54,885 nucleotides of DNA from Halobacteriovoraceae bacterium (GCA_002715375.1 PAZA01000005.1:1-54885), one strand, 5' to 3'. Positions 1 through 8,742 are shown, numbered from the stretch's first letter. Notes: generated from the sequence alone by a model not told the origin. A program made the numbers and translations.

Positions 1-89
1 CAATACAAACAGATGAAATCATGGACCACACCAGAATCACTCAAAAATACGAGAATGGACACCTAATTTTTAAAATCCCAAAAAAATAA
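1..89 (+). CDS. 3' end of a small heat-shock protein (Hsp20/alpha-crystallin family), truncated by the window edge
   Basis: Reading from position 3 gives ...IQTDEIMDHTRITQKYENGHLIFKIPKK then TAA at 87-89. The Y-x-N-G-x-L-x-F-x-I-P-K ending is the typical Hsp20 C-terminus. It is not in the ORF track because it is open at the edge. Confidence 0.4.
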   Translation, partial: IQTDEIMDHTRITQKYENGHLIFKIPKK

Positions 90-141
90 GTGAATTCTTT
101 TCTTTCAGAATAAAAAAACTTATACTTTAAAGAAAAGAGTC

Positions 142-1287
142 ATGAAAAGACCACAAATAGTTCACTTCATTACAATTATATCAGACGATTTTATAAGTCT
201 AAAAGCTGCAATTGGTTTAACAAGAAAAACCACTACACTTCAAGAACCAGGTATCACGCCCATATCAAGTTTAGAAAATGACCTTGCGAGTTTCCCAATA
301 CAATCTTTTAACCTCCTTAATTCGCACAACTTTCAAATTAAAATTATAGGCCTTGATAAAAATCATAAAATATTATTTGAAAAAGAATATGAAACTGATG
401 CTTATGGTAATTTGAACTTCAAAATCCCCCTGACTAAAGATACTTCTAAAATAAAAAGCTTCCAACTTTATGAAACAAGTCGTTTACCACAAGTTGAGCT
501 TCTTCTCGGAAGTTTTATTCCTCTTAAAATCCAAAGCCCTCGAAAAATTGTCATTTGTGACTTTGATAAAACTTTAGTAGATACAAAATATTCTACAACA
601 AAAGAAGTCTATGAATCTTTAACTAAGCCCCTTAAAGACTTTCCAAACGTCAAAAAAAGCATTGAGCTTCTAAAAAGCTATACTAAAAAAGGCTTTCATC
701 CCTTTATTCTTTCAGCATCACCTCACTTTTACGAAAATGCTATCCGAGACTGGCTCTATCAAAATAAAATTTTTACCGCCGGTATTTTTCTTAAGGATGT
801 TCGCCAAGTTTTTTCTCTTTGGGATGGTGATCTAAGTCCTAGAGACATTACTCACCAAGGTCTTTATAAATTAAATCAACTATTGGATATCATAAATATG
901 ACTGATATCCCTGATGAGCTCGTTCTGATGGGCGATAACTTTGAGTCAGATCCCATTATATATTTATCTTTTTCCCAAATGATTCAAAATAAGGAAGACC
1001 CATGGGTTATTTGGAAAAACCTCAAAGAACAAAAAGATTTCTCCATTGGGAGAAAACAAAATTCTAAGTTTCTAAGTAAAATTTTTCAAATTAAAACTCT
1101 TCTTAAAAATAAAAAACAAAAAAACAACCAGTTTCAAATTAAATTAAAAATTTTTATTCGAAAAAAACACACAGAGGAAAAACTTAAAATTCCATCGGAT
1201 CTAAAGCCTGAAGTAACCAACATAGAAACTTACGCAACAGAGACATCAGCTGTGGAATTTCATTCAGATAATGGCCGACCAAAATAA
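142..1287 (+). CDS. App1-like / DUF2183 HAD-superfamily phosphatase (possible phosphatidate phosphatase)
   Basis: DxDxT motif (VICDFDKTLVDT), SASPHFYENAIRDWL and LMGDNFESDPIIY. These match the App1/DUF2183 pattern (DIDDT ... GDSGxxDPEIY). The C-terminal tail is K/Q-rich. Confidence 0.5.
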   Translation: MKRPQIVHFITIISDDFISLKAAIGLTRKTTTLQEPGITPISSLENDLASFPIQSFNLLNSHNFQIKIIGLDKNHKILFEKEYETDAYGNLNFKIPLTKDTSKIKSFQLYETSRLPQVELLLGSFIPLKIQSPRKIVICDFDKTLVDTKYSTTKEVYESLTKPLKDFPNVKKSIELLKSYTKKGFHPFILSASPHFYENAIRDWLYQNKIFTAGIFLKDVRQVFSLWDGDLSPRDITHQGLYKLNQLLDIINMTDIPDELVLMGDNFESDPIIYLSFSQMIQNKEDPWVIWKNLKEQKDFSIGRKQNSKFLSKIFQIKTLLKNKKQKNNQFQIKLKIFIRKKHTEEKLKIPSDLKPEVTNIETYATETSAVEFHSDNGRPK

Positions 1288-1500
1288 GGTCTCAATAAAA
1301 AATAAAACGAGATAGCCAATAGCTAGAAATAGCCCCAGCCGATGAAAACGCTCAAGCTTTCCCTCATTCATGCTCATCGATGTTAACATCTTGCCCAAAG
1401 GTAAGTTGCTAAAATTTAGAGGCAAAAACTCCAAAAAAACTCTAAGAAATGATAGGATCAAAACACAATATTCCCATTTTTGCTCTAGGGAAAAAGACAT
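1264..1500 (-). CDS. small predicted membrane protein (78 aa, two hydrophobic segments)
   Basis: ATG at 1500-1498 is preceded by a perfect AGGAGG (reverse complement of 1510-1515) at 9-nt spacing. It has two hydrophobic stretches (WEYCVLILSFLRVFLEFLPL; LGLFLAIGYLVLFFIETLFW). No family recognised. Confidence 0.35.
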   Translation of the reverse strand: MSFSLEQKWEYCVLILSFLRVFLEFLPLNFSNLPLGKMLTSMSMNEGKLERFHRLGLFLAIGYLVLFFIETLFWSAII

Positions 1501-1556
1501 TAGACTTTGCCTCCTGTGGCGTTAACGTTCACAGCATAAAAAGGACTTATTATCCT

Positions 1557-3239
1557 ATGAACTTCATTCATCTTATCGGTGATCCAGAGGAAACCTTTTA
1601 TCAATTAGGTCTAAAGGACAAAAGTACCTATAGACCTCTTTATGATCAATTAAGAAAGCTTACTCACTTAAACTCTAAGGTTCTAGACAAGTTAATGGAT
1701 GAAATATTTAACTGGGGTGGCTACGCTTTAACTCTAAAATCTTCTAATTTTAGAAAAAAAGTCAAAGCATATAATGAGGCCATTGGGCTCAAAGAAAGAG
1801 AAATTATAACCTCCTTCATTATACCAGAACTTCTTTCTTGTTTATCTAAATGGATTCCAGGCTTGCCTCCCCAACTATTTGGTTGCTCAAGCTACTTCAT
1901 GTTAAATGAGTTAGGCCAGACCCTACATGGAAGGATTTTAGATTTCCCTTTGGTTGGAACATATGAAAATGAAGAAAGGGCAATCAGGTGGGACATCCCA
2001 AGTATTAACAATCAAATCTTCTCTTACTCTTCTTCAGGGCTCCCTTTTTCTTCTTTAACTGCAATGAATTCATATGGAGTTTCAGTCGCTCTTCACCAAA
2101 AGTATACTGATCATTTTAATATTAAAGGAACACCAATTTTTGAAATTGCAGAGGAAATGCTTTTAAATTGCGGCGATAAGAAATCAGTTCTAAGTTTTTT
2201 AAAAAATAGTGAAAGTTTAACAACATGGGGGCTTTATATTGGTTTTGCTAGTGGGGAAGTTTTAGAGGTTGACCTAAGAGGAAAAGAAATATTCATTAAT
2301 GAATTTCAACTTGAAGAGAATAAAATCCTCTATTTTAACAACGTTAATCTAGGGAATTATACAGAAGAAGAGAGCTGCTATTTCATGCCTTATGGCGTAC
2401 CTTCTTTTTGCCAAATGAGAAAGGAAACAGCTGAAGAGGAAATTCAAAATTTTTTCAAAAGTAAAAAAGAAAAGAATTCTTTAAATCTATTAAAACTAAT
2501 GAGTTTTCCTAAAAATCAAAAAACTAATTTAAAAGACTGGAAGCTAAGCCCGATTACACAATCAAGCATTTCTTGCTCAACCTTTAATTTAAATAATGAA
2601 GAATCTTTATTCATACCAGGACCAGCTCCAAAATATATTAGAAAAGATATTTCTCAATTTAAAAATATTTGGTCTCGAAGACCGTCCCAAGAAATAGTTA
2701 CCTTAAAAGAAAATAAAAATTTATCCTTTATAACTAATAAATACCACCAAGGTATGAAAGAGTTAATCTTAGCGCAAACTTACTATGACAAACACAATTT
2801 CCATATGGCCTATCATTTTATACAAGCTAGCATAGAAACTCTAGACAAACTGCCTGAGAAATTTATTGCTAAATTCTTTTTTGCTGTCTTTGAATTTATC
2901 CATGAGCCACACACTAAGGCAAGAGGCCTTATTTTACAGGAATTTAAAGAGTTGAAGGGAAAACTTCCATCCTATCTAAATGATCATTGCTTAATCTTTA
3001 TAAACAGGCTTCAAGTTCTTATCTCTGGTTATTCAAGTCTTTCACCGATGAGAATCAATCATATTGGCTTAAGAGAAGTTTTTTACTTTGAAAGAAATAT
3101 TCCAAGGATTCTATTATACAAAACAATTGCACCCCTTATGAGGCCAAGAATAGAAATTTTAGATGTTATTTATGGTCATATATCTCCCCCCATCAAAATC
3201 AGGAAACCTAAAATTGATGAAGGGAGCCTTTCTTTATAA
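1557..3239 (+). CDS. peptidase C45 / acyl-CoA:6-aminopenicillanic-acid acyltransferase-like Ntn hydrolase with a roughly 250-aa helical C-terminal extension
   Basis: The family-typical N-terminus is MNFIHLIGDPEETFYQLGLKDKS (compare hl.G.pye.G.q.G). A candidate nucleophile Cys lies in QLFGCSSYFM. I moved the start from 1449 to the ATG at 1557, because the family N-terminus begins there and the 1449 start overlaps the SD-preceded ORF on the other strand. Confidence 0.5.
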   Translation: MNFIHLIGDPEETFYQLGLKDKSTYRPLYDQLRKLTHLNSKVLDKLMDEIFNWGGYALTLKSSNFRKKVKAYNEAIGLKEREIITSFIIPELLSCLSKWIPGLPPQLFGCSSYFMLNELGQTLHGRILDFPLVGTYENEERAIRWDIPSINNQIFSYSSSGLPFSSLTAMNSYGVSVALHQKYTDHFNIKGTPIFEIAEEMLLNCGDKKSVLSFLKNSESLTTWGLYIGFASGEVLEVDLRGKEIFINEFQLEENKILYFNNVNLGNYTEEESCYFMPYGVPSFCQMRKETAEEEIQNFFKSKKEKNSLNLLKLMSFPKNQKTNLKDWKLSPITQSSISCSTFNLNNEESLFIPGPAPKYIRKDISQFKNIWSRRPSQEIVTLKENKNLSFITNKYHQGMKELILAQTYYDKHNFHMAYHFIQASIETLDKLPEKFIAKFFFAVFEFIHEPHTKARGLILQEFKELKGKLPSYLNDHCLIFINRLQVLISGYSSLSPMRINHIGLREVFYFERNIPRILLYKTIAPLMRPRIEILDVIYGHISPPIKIRKPKIDEGSLSL

Positions 3240-3250
3240 ATTTATAATAA

Positions 3251-4978
3251 TTAATTTCTTAAACTATCAAGCCGCAGAGAGGGATCTCCTAAAAGATGGT
3301 ACCATTTCAAATTGTCCACTACCTCTTTTTTGGTCGAATGCTTTTTAAAAAGTTCCATCTGTCCATTAAAAAGAAGTTTCCCTAGGTATTCACTTTTACC
3401 TTTTCCTAAAATTTGGTTGATTATAACCGCCATTTTAGCAGGTGGATGCCAAGAAATATCAACACTCCCACCGTAATAAGCAACAGCTCCAATTAGAAAG
3501 TCTTCTCCCTTTGTTTCATTAAGAAACCTCTCACCTAATCTATTATCAAAAGAAAAACGTCCGTTCTGGCAAGCAACATCAATGATAATAGGTTTAACCA
3601 CTCCTTTTCCGTTAATACTTTTTATATCATCAGAATGATAACTTCTTGAATGGAGGCTAGGCCAAGTACTTCCTTCACCGTGCCCAATATAATTAAGCCA
3701 AACAGCTCCTTTATTTAATACCCTATTAATATTTTCTGGAGTTGAGTTTATTTTTTCCTGCAAAAATTTGTAGGACCGAATTCCAAAAGCTTTCTCAAGC
3801 GGATTTTGCATAATTTTTAAATACTCTACATCCGTAGGATCATAACCTTCATCAGATGCAATACCTATCTGCCTTTTATAGCCTGATTTATTACCATAAG
3901 CTCCTTTCTCAAATTGAATTGTTTTAAGAACCTGTACTTCAAGATCTTGGGGACTATCAACGACAAACCGACCGTAAAAGACATCAGGAATATTGTCCCT
4001 CAATCCTCCCATAGTAAAATAATCCAAATCAGAAGGGGTCTTATCATGAGAGTCAGTTTTAACATAATTAGTAGGCATAATCTCTTCATGACCTAAAAGA
4101 AGCGCCCAGGAAAACGCATCCCTTTTATATTCACTACGAAAAAAAGACTTTATATCCTTAGCGGCTTGACCCAAACTCTCTAAAGAAACTAATTTAACTT
4201 CAAATCCTTGCTGTTCTTTCCATTTCTTCCAAGGATCAAGAGCTTCAAAAAACCTTTCAGGACCTAAAACAACAAATTTTTTGTTTATAAGAGGATCCAT
4301 CGTTAACAAGTCTTTAACTTCATGTGTGGCCATAATATCTTTTGATCTATCAAAGATGGAAAATTCTATTTTAGGGTAAACAATTAATTCTTTACTTCTC
4401 CCGATATACCGAGAAGGATATAGCTTTACTCTAGAGATCTCAATTCCTCTAAAATCTCCGAGATAATCAATATCATAGAGCTCTTGTTTTTCATCCTCAT
4501 AGACTCCTCTATCAAGAGGCTCAATATCATCACCCTCTCTTAAGCATCGACATGGCAATTTAAGGTTTGGTCGCGGGAGAATATTTGTTAAAAACTTGCT
4601 TGGACCTTCACGGACATCAATAATAAAGTCTGATGGTTTCCCTTCCATAAAAAGGACTAAATAAGGCAACCTTGGTTTATTAATCTCGTCAGTATTCTTA
4701 AGTCTTGGAAATACTAAATCTGTAAACTTTCCCTCTCCCAAAAATTTATTACTTTCAGAATCTCTCAAGCTTGCGGTTTTAAGAGAAAACCTCACTTTTT
4801 TACCTAAAAAACCTCGGTTCTTTATACTTGAAATAGTCATTCTATTAGTGAGGTCTCTAGATTGATCAAAGTAAACAGTTTCAGGTAAAGCTTGATTAGA
4901 AAGAAGTATTAAGAGAGTAAAAAACTGTAAAAAAAAGCTTGAGGGAAAAAAGCCCCTTAGATAATTCTTTTTTTCCAT
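3251..4978 (-). CDS. secreted peptidase family C25 (gingipain-like cysteine peptidase)
   Basis: N-terminal signal-like segment. Catalytic His block LNYIGHGEGSTW and Cys block IIIDVACQNGRF, then GAVAYYGGSVDISWHPP. These are collinear with gingipain R blocks as I recall them (NYTGHGSETAW / FIFDVACVNGDF / GTVAIIASTINQSWASP). Confidence 0.75.
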   Translation of the reverse strand: MEKKNYLRGFFPSSFFLQFFTLLILLSNQALPETVYFDQSRDLTNRMTISSIKNRGFLGKKVRFSLKTASLRDSESNKFLGEGKFTDLVFPRLKNTDEINKPRLPYLVLFMEGKPSDFIIDVREGPSKFLTNILPRPNLKLPCRCLREGDDIEPLDRGVYEDEKQELYDIDYLGDFRGIEISRVKLYPSRYIGRSKELIVYPKIEFSIFDRSKDIMATHEVKDLLTMDPLINKKFVVLGPERFFEALDPWKKWKEQQGFEVKLVSLESLGQAAKDIKSFFRSEYKRDAFSWALLLGHEEIMPTNYVKTDSHDKTPSDLDYFTMGGLRDNIPDVFYGRFVVDSPQDLEVQVLKTIQFEKGAYGNKSGYKRQIGIASDEGYDPTDVEYLKIMQNPLEKAFGIRSYKFLQEKINSTPENINRVLNKGAVWLNYIGHGEGSTWPSLHSRSYHSDDIKSINGKGVVKPIIIDVACQNGRFSFDNRLGERFLNETKGEDFLIGAVAYYGGSVDISWHPPAKMAVIINQILGKGKSEYLGKLLFNGQMELFKKHSTKKEVVDNLKWYHLLGDPSLRLDSLRN

Positions 4979-5223
4979 ATAATGCTCCTTATATATCTTG
5001 AAAAGGCCCGAATTTTCATTTCAAAGCCGAAACTGAGTCCTCCATCGATTTCTCGGATAAAAAAAATAGTAGGGTATGAACTTTTTTTCCGTAGGTGAAA
5101 ATTTTTCCTCTTAAAGCAAAAAATCACCTTTTTCTAAGACTTATTTCCTCTAAAAATTTCTGATATTTTGACTTTTTTCGGTATTTTGCATAGGAAAAAG
5201 GTCTATATGAATTGAGGTATTAA

Positions 5224-5979
5224 ATGAATCCAAAAAACCTTTTTTCCCTAGGGGAAAATACTCACATTCAAGGCGACTCCACCTTAAAGAAGCCATATTC
5301 TCAGGTATTGGGTGAAAACAGGGTAAAACTTATTTTAGCCGACCCTCCCTATTGCCTCCTCACGAGAAGAAGAAAAGATGGAAGGTTGAGGGACCCCAAA
5401 AAAGCAAAAATCGAGCATGAAGCTGTTAGGCGGTTTGAAAATGGAAAAGAGTACACAGCTTTCACTCTGGCTTGGATGGAAAAAGCCGCCCCTTACCTTG
5501 ATGAAAGCGGACACTTTATCATTTGGACAAACTTCCTAGGAAAAGCACCTATAATGAAGGTCGCTGAAAGCCTGGATCTTTTTTTTCATGGTGAATACAC
5601 ATGGGCAAAATGGTCAAAAGGGGGAAGTGGTAACGAAAGATTGGCAAGGGCTTATGAAGTCGCGCTTATATTCAGTAAAAGTCCTAATAAAGACCTGAAA
5701 GACACTGACTATTGTCCTCCTAGGTTTTGTATAAATAACTATGATGAGGAACAAGAAGGACTTAAATGGGGTAATCACCCAAATCACAAATCTTTTTCTG
5801 TTCTCGAACCTCTGATTCGCTTCTACACAGCTCCAGGAGAACGTGTTCTAGACCCCTTTACAGGGTCAGGTTCAACCCCCGCAGCTTGCATGGAGCTTAA
5901 CAGACTTATTGCTGGAATCGAGCTAAGGCCAAAATGGGCTGAAATGACTCAATCGAGGCTTAAGAGCTTTCAGGAATAA
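5224..5979 (+). CDS. DNA methyltransferase, beta-class N6-adenine/N4-cytosine type (N4/N6 MTase domain), orphan
   Basis: Motif IV ILADPPY lies N-terminal and motif I VLDPFTGSGST lies C-terminal, which is the beta-class order. DPPY favours m6A. No endonuclease-like ORF on either side. Confidence 0.75.
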   Translation: MNPKNLFSLGENTHIQGDSTLKKPYSQVLGENRVKLILADPPYCLLTRRRKDGRLRDPKKAKIEHEAVRRFENGKEYTAFTLAWMEKAAPYLDESGHFIIWTNFLGKAPIMKVAESLDLFFHGEYTWAKWSKGGSGNERLARAYEVALIFSKSPNKDLKDTDYCPPRFCINNYDEEQEGLKWGNHPNHKSFSVLEPLIRFYTAPGERVLDPFTGSGSTPAACMELNRLIAGIELRPKWAEMTQSRLKSFQE

Positions 5980-6051
5980 CAACAAATTTTATTGGAGAGA
6001 TCAAAAGAAAACCCTTAAAAGCCTGCTTAGACTCGGTTTTTTCTTAATATT

Positions 6052-6079
6052 TTGCCATAAAGGCTCATAATTATGGCAA
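6052..6079 (+). terminator. hairpin downstream of the methyltransferase gene (9-bp stem TTGCCATAA / TTATGGCAA, 10-nt loop, followed by TTTC)
   Basis: Perfect inverted repeat 6052-6060 / 6071-6079. The U-tract is short, so terminator function is tentative. Confidence 0.35.
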
Positions 6080-6259
6080 TTTCATATTGTAAAGATATGA
6101 AAAACAGAGTACCTTCAACCTACCTTTTCGAGGACTCTTTAAGGTTTTAGACAATGAGTCTAAAATCAAGATTTCGTGAAAACTAGGGGTTTGGTTTTAG
6201 ATTCCCATATAATAAGATGATATTTTATAACTAAAAAAATAATAAAAGGAAGAGAGTAC

Positions 6260-6487
6260 ATGAGTTCAGAATCAGCTATTAAGGTTGTCATTGACGGAAG
6301 CCGCTTTGGTGTAGAAGGGTCTTTAAAGAAGTTTAAAAGGCTGTGCGAAGCTGCTGGAGTACTCAAAGAGTATAGAAAAAGAAAAGAGTTTAAAAAGCCT
6401 TCTGTTAGAAAAAAAGAAAAAGTCGAAGCAGCTAACAAAAGAAAAGCTAAAGATAAAGCCAAAGCAAAAAGAAATACCAAAATTTAA
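6260..6487 (+). CDS. rpsU: 30S ribosomal protein S21
   Basis: 75 aa and very basic. GSLKKFKRLCEAAGVLKEYRKRKEFKKPSVRKKEK matches the S21 pattern (ALRRFKR...G...E.R.R..YEKPS..RK.K). The minus-strand ORF 6166-6480 is a shadow of it. Confidence 0.85.
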   Translation: MSSESAIKVVIDGSRFGVEGSLKKFKRLCEAAGVLKEYRKRKEFKKPSVRKKEKVEAANKRKAKDKAKAKRNTKI

Positions 6488-6537
6488 GACTTTCTTATTT
6501 AATCAATTAAATTAGCATTTAGAAAAGGTTCGAATTC

Positions 6538-7122
6538 ATGGGCCTCTTATTTATTATGCCTGTTTCGGAAAAAGAAACCGATAGAGTTTCTATTTCCGAC
6601 AACTCAGGCTCTCCTCCAACGGTAACATTAAAGTCATATGGACTCCCACTAATCTTCTGGGCATACTGCCTAGGAATCTTTATCACTCTCGTAGTGATGT
6701 ATACTGCTGCTTCAGACCCTCTAACTAAACTAGGGAATAATGGAGATATTTATAGCTCATTGATATATTATGCAGTATGGCTTACTTTCACTGCCATTCC
6801 TTTAACCCTCACTATGGCGCTCTTTTATGAAAAGTCCCTTATAAAGTCTGGCCTGTCTCTTTCTATAAAGCATAAAGTTATGGGAATCCCATTCTTTTGG
6901 AGAAAATTAGCACTCCAAAGCTCAGACTCATTCATCGTTGAGCACTATATGGATACTCCCAATATCGCCAGGAAAAAGCAGGTAGCGGAGTTTCGGGCCT
7001 TTCAAAATCAAGGTCACTTCGTACTCAAAGCTCATCTAAAAAATGGAAAGCTCTTACTCATAGATAGGCACGGAAGAAAAGCTGATTTGAAAAAAATAGC
7101 AGCTCTTTTATCAAAGTACTAA
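6538..7122 (+). CDS. membrane protein of unknown function (2-3 TM segments plus a basic soluble C-terminal domain)
   Basis: Hydrophobic segments LPLIFWAYCLGIFITLVVMYTA and LIYYAVWLTFTAIPLTLTMALF. No family recognised, and the start is uncertain. Confidence 0.4.
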   Translation: MGLLFIMPVSEKETDRVSISDNSGSPPTVTLKSYGLPLIFWAYCLGIFITLVVMYTAASDPLTKLGNNGDIYSSLIYYAVWLTFTAIPLTLTMALFYEKSLIKSGLSLSIKHKVMGIPFFWRKLALQSSDSFIVEHYMDTPNIARKKQVAEFRAFQNQGHFVLKAHLKNGKLLLIDRHGRKADLKKIAALLSKY

Positions 7123-7142
7123 GAGAGTAACCTCTCCTCCTT

Positions 7143-7883
7143 CTATTTTTTCTTTAAAGGCTTATTGAATCTTTTTGAATTGGATCGACTACTTTTGGAG
7201 TCTCTTTTGCCTTGAGAATTATCTCTTTCCCTTCGTTCGCCTGACTTCCTAGAGTCTTTTCGAGTTTCCTGGAGTCTATTACTAGAAACATCTTTACCCC
7301 TAGACTCTTCAAAGTCTTCTAACCCTTCAGTTTTAAAACCTTTTGGTCTGCGGTGCCCACCAGAAGAAACTTTAGAAAGAAGCGAAACCTCATCTTCAGT
7401 TACTTCTTTTTTATCATCCCAAGTTCGAAACCATTTTTTCTTATTCTCAGACCTTTTCTGAGCGGACTCATTACGCCGCTGTTCCTTAGTCTCGTCAATA
7501 CTTGTATTTTTTCTTACCCTTGTAGAAGATTTCTTCAGACTTCCTTTTTTCATTTTATTTCTAAGCGCCTCGTTGTCTTTTTCCTTGTTGTGACCAGAAA
7601 TATCGAGAATAACGATTTCATCACCACATATCTTGGTCTGACAAGAAAGCCTCTCTTTTGTAATATGGAAGACATTACCTAATAGTTGGACTTCTTCAAA
7701 AGGAGGGGTTGTCAGAGAATCTTCTCCAGACAATATCTTTACACGGCAATCCGTACAACTAGCGACACCTCCACAACTCGATTTTATATATATCCCCTTC
7801 TCTTTTAAGGCCTCTAGAATAGACTTCTCCTCATCTATTTCTAACTCCTGGCCAGAAGGTTTGATCATTATTTTTTTGGTCAT
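7143..7883 (-). CDS. 2Fe-2S ferredoxin domain (about 97 aa) fused to a roughly 150-aa highly basic K/R/S/E-rich low-complexity tail
   Basis: Cys ligand pattern SSCGGVASCTDC...(34 aa)...LSCQ, i.e. C-x5-C-x2-C...C. The tail (7143-7592) reads ...KKSSTRVRKN...RRNESAQKRSENKKK...RKDSRKSGERRERDNSQGKRDSKSSRSNSKRFNKPLKKK. Confidence 0.65.
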   Translation of the reverse strand: MTKKIMIKPSGQELEIDEEKSILEALKEKGIYIKSSCGGVASCTDCRVKILSGEDSLTTPPFEEVQLLGNVFHITKERLSCQTKICGDEIVILDISGHNKEKDNEALRNKMKKGSLKKSSTRVRKNTSIDETKEQRRNESAQKRSENKKKWFRTWDDKKEVTEDEVSLLSKVSSGGHRRPKGFKTEGLEDFEESRGKDVSSNRLQETRKDSRKSGERRERDNSQGKRDSKSSRSNSKRFNKPLKKK

Positions 7884-7918
7884 AGAGTTTTCTCCTAACT
7901 ATGAAATCTTTCTTAATA

Positions 7919-8203
7919 CTACAACAAATTCCTAAGCCCATCTTCAAGGTCCTTAGAAATCTTTGAACTTAAAGGTTTGAGCAAGAAGGAAAGAGAAATT
8001 TCAACCAAGCACCGATCTTCCTCAAAAATGAAAGATGCCTTAAATCCTTTTCCAATGCCTTCAATAATTCCTTTCTCTTTATTAAACTCAACTTTTATTT
8101 TTAATTTAAATTTGGATAAGAAACTAGGGTCTAATTTTTCTTTAACAAGATCAAAAGCCTCATCACCATTTTTCGCAACTTGATAAGGAATTTCCAACTT
8201 CAC
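7919..8203 (-). CDS. small protein resembling the 'polyhydroxyalkanoic acid system' family (PHA_gran_rgn-like), function unknown
   Basis: 94 aa. The overall pattern (short N-terminal strand, helix, G..G block, then LSFLLKPLSSKISKDLEDGLRNLL) resembles the roughly 90-aa PHA_gran_rgn family as I recall it. Recognised by eye only. Confidence 0.3.
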   Translation of the reverse strand: MKLEIPYQVAKNGDEAFDLVKEKLDPSFLSKFKLKIKVEFNKEKGIIEGIGKGFKASFIFEEDRCLVEISLSFLLKPLSSKISKDLEDGLRNLL

Positions 8204-8217
8204 TCATTCCCCCGCTT

Positions 8218-8685
8218 TTAAAGGTGACCTGTAGAACCGAAGCCTCTGGCGCCTCTTTCTGTCCGACTTAATTCAACATCACATACTTTAAATTCTGCCT
8301 TCCAAACTGGTGCGAGAACAACTTGTGCAATTCTTTCACCATGGGAAATAAGTTCTTCCTTATTGCCGAGGTTACCCAAAATAACCTTAAGCTCTCCACG
8401 ATAGTCAGAGTCGATTGTTCCCGGGGAATTTAAGACCATCAGGCTTGTTTTAAAAGAGAGACCAGACCTAGGTCTTACTTGAATTTCAAAGCCTTCAGGA
8501 ATTTCTAATGAAAGGCCCGTTGGCAAAAGGGCCTTTTCCCCTGGAGCCAAAGTCAAAGACCCTTTATCAGGAAAGGAAACTCGCAAGTCAGCTCCAGCAG
8601 CTTGTAAGCTCTCATAAGTCGGTAGATTTAAACTTGAATCAAAGTGATTCAGCTTTTTAACTTTTACGACAACAGACCTTTCCAT
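8218..8685 (-). CDS. dut: dUTP diphosphatase (dUTPase)
   Basis: Motifs AAGADLR, RPRSGL, GTIDSDYRGEL and RGARGFGSTG. I moved the start to the internal Met (MERSVVVKV..., 8685), because the track start at 8712 lies inside the pnp terminator hairpin. Confidence 0.85.
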   Translation of the reverse strand: MERSVVVKVKKLNHFDSSLNLPTYESLQAAGADLRVSFPDKGSLTLAPGEKALLPTGLSLEIPEGFEIQVRPRSGLSFKTSLMVLNSPGTIDSDYRGELKVILGNLGNKEELISHGERIAQVVLAPVWKAEFKVCDVELSRTERGARGFGSTGHL

Positions 8686-8710
8686 TAAGTGCTTCTCCCC
8701 TTCAAAATGC

Positions 8711-8742
8711 AAAAAGGCGGCCCTAATAAAGCCGCCTTTTTT
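8711..8742 (-). terminator. rho-independent terminator downstream of pnp (GGCGGC / GCCGCC stem, flanked by A5 and T6 runs, so bidirectional in shape)
   Basis: 8716-8721 GGCGGC pairs with 8731-8736 GCCGCC across a 9-nt loop. On the minus strand the stem is followed by TTTTT. Confidence 0.6.

Noticed and set aside
4979-6259. Restriction endonuclease or mobile-element partner for the DNA methyltransferase
   Set aside because: Both flanks are short non-coding stretches with no ORF of useful length on either strand. There are no inverted terminal repeats, integrase or transposase.
6166-6480. 104-aa minus-strand ORF overlapping rpsU
   Set aside because: The plus-strand frame encodes an unmistakable S21, so the antisense ORF is a by-product of the lysine-rich codons.
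6525-6535. GGTTCGAATTC, which resembles a tRNA T-arm/T-loop (GGTTCGAATCC)
   Set aside because: The flanks are AT-rich with no acceptor, D or anticodon stems. The motif sits immediately before, and overlaps, the ATG of the next CDS. I found no tRNA anywhere in the window.
7353-7682. ORF 7353-7682 (+), antisense to the ferredoxin tail
   Set aside because: It is a shadow ORF generated by the low-complexity K/R/S/E coding region on the opposite strand. It has no SD or motif.
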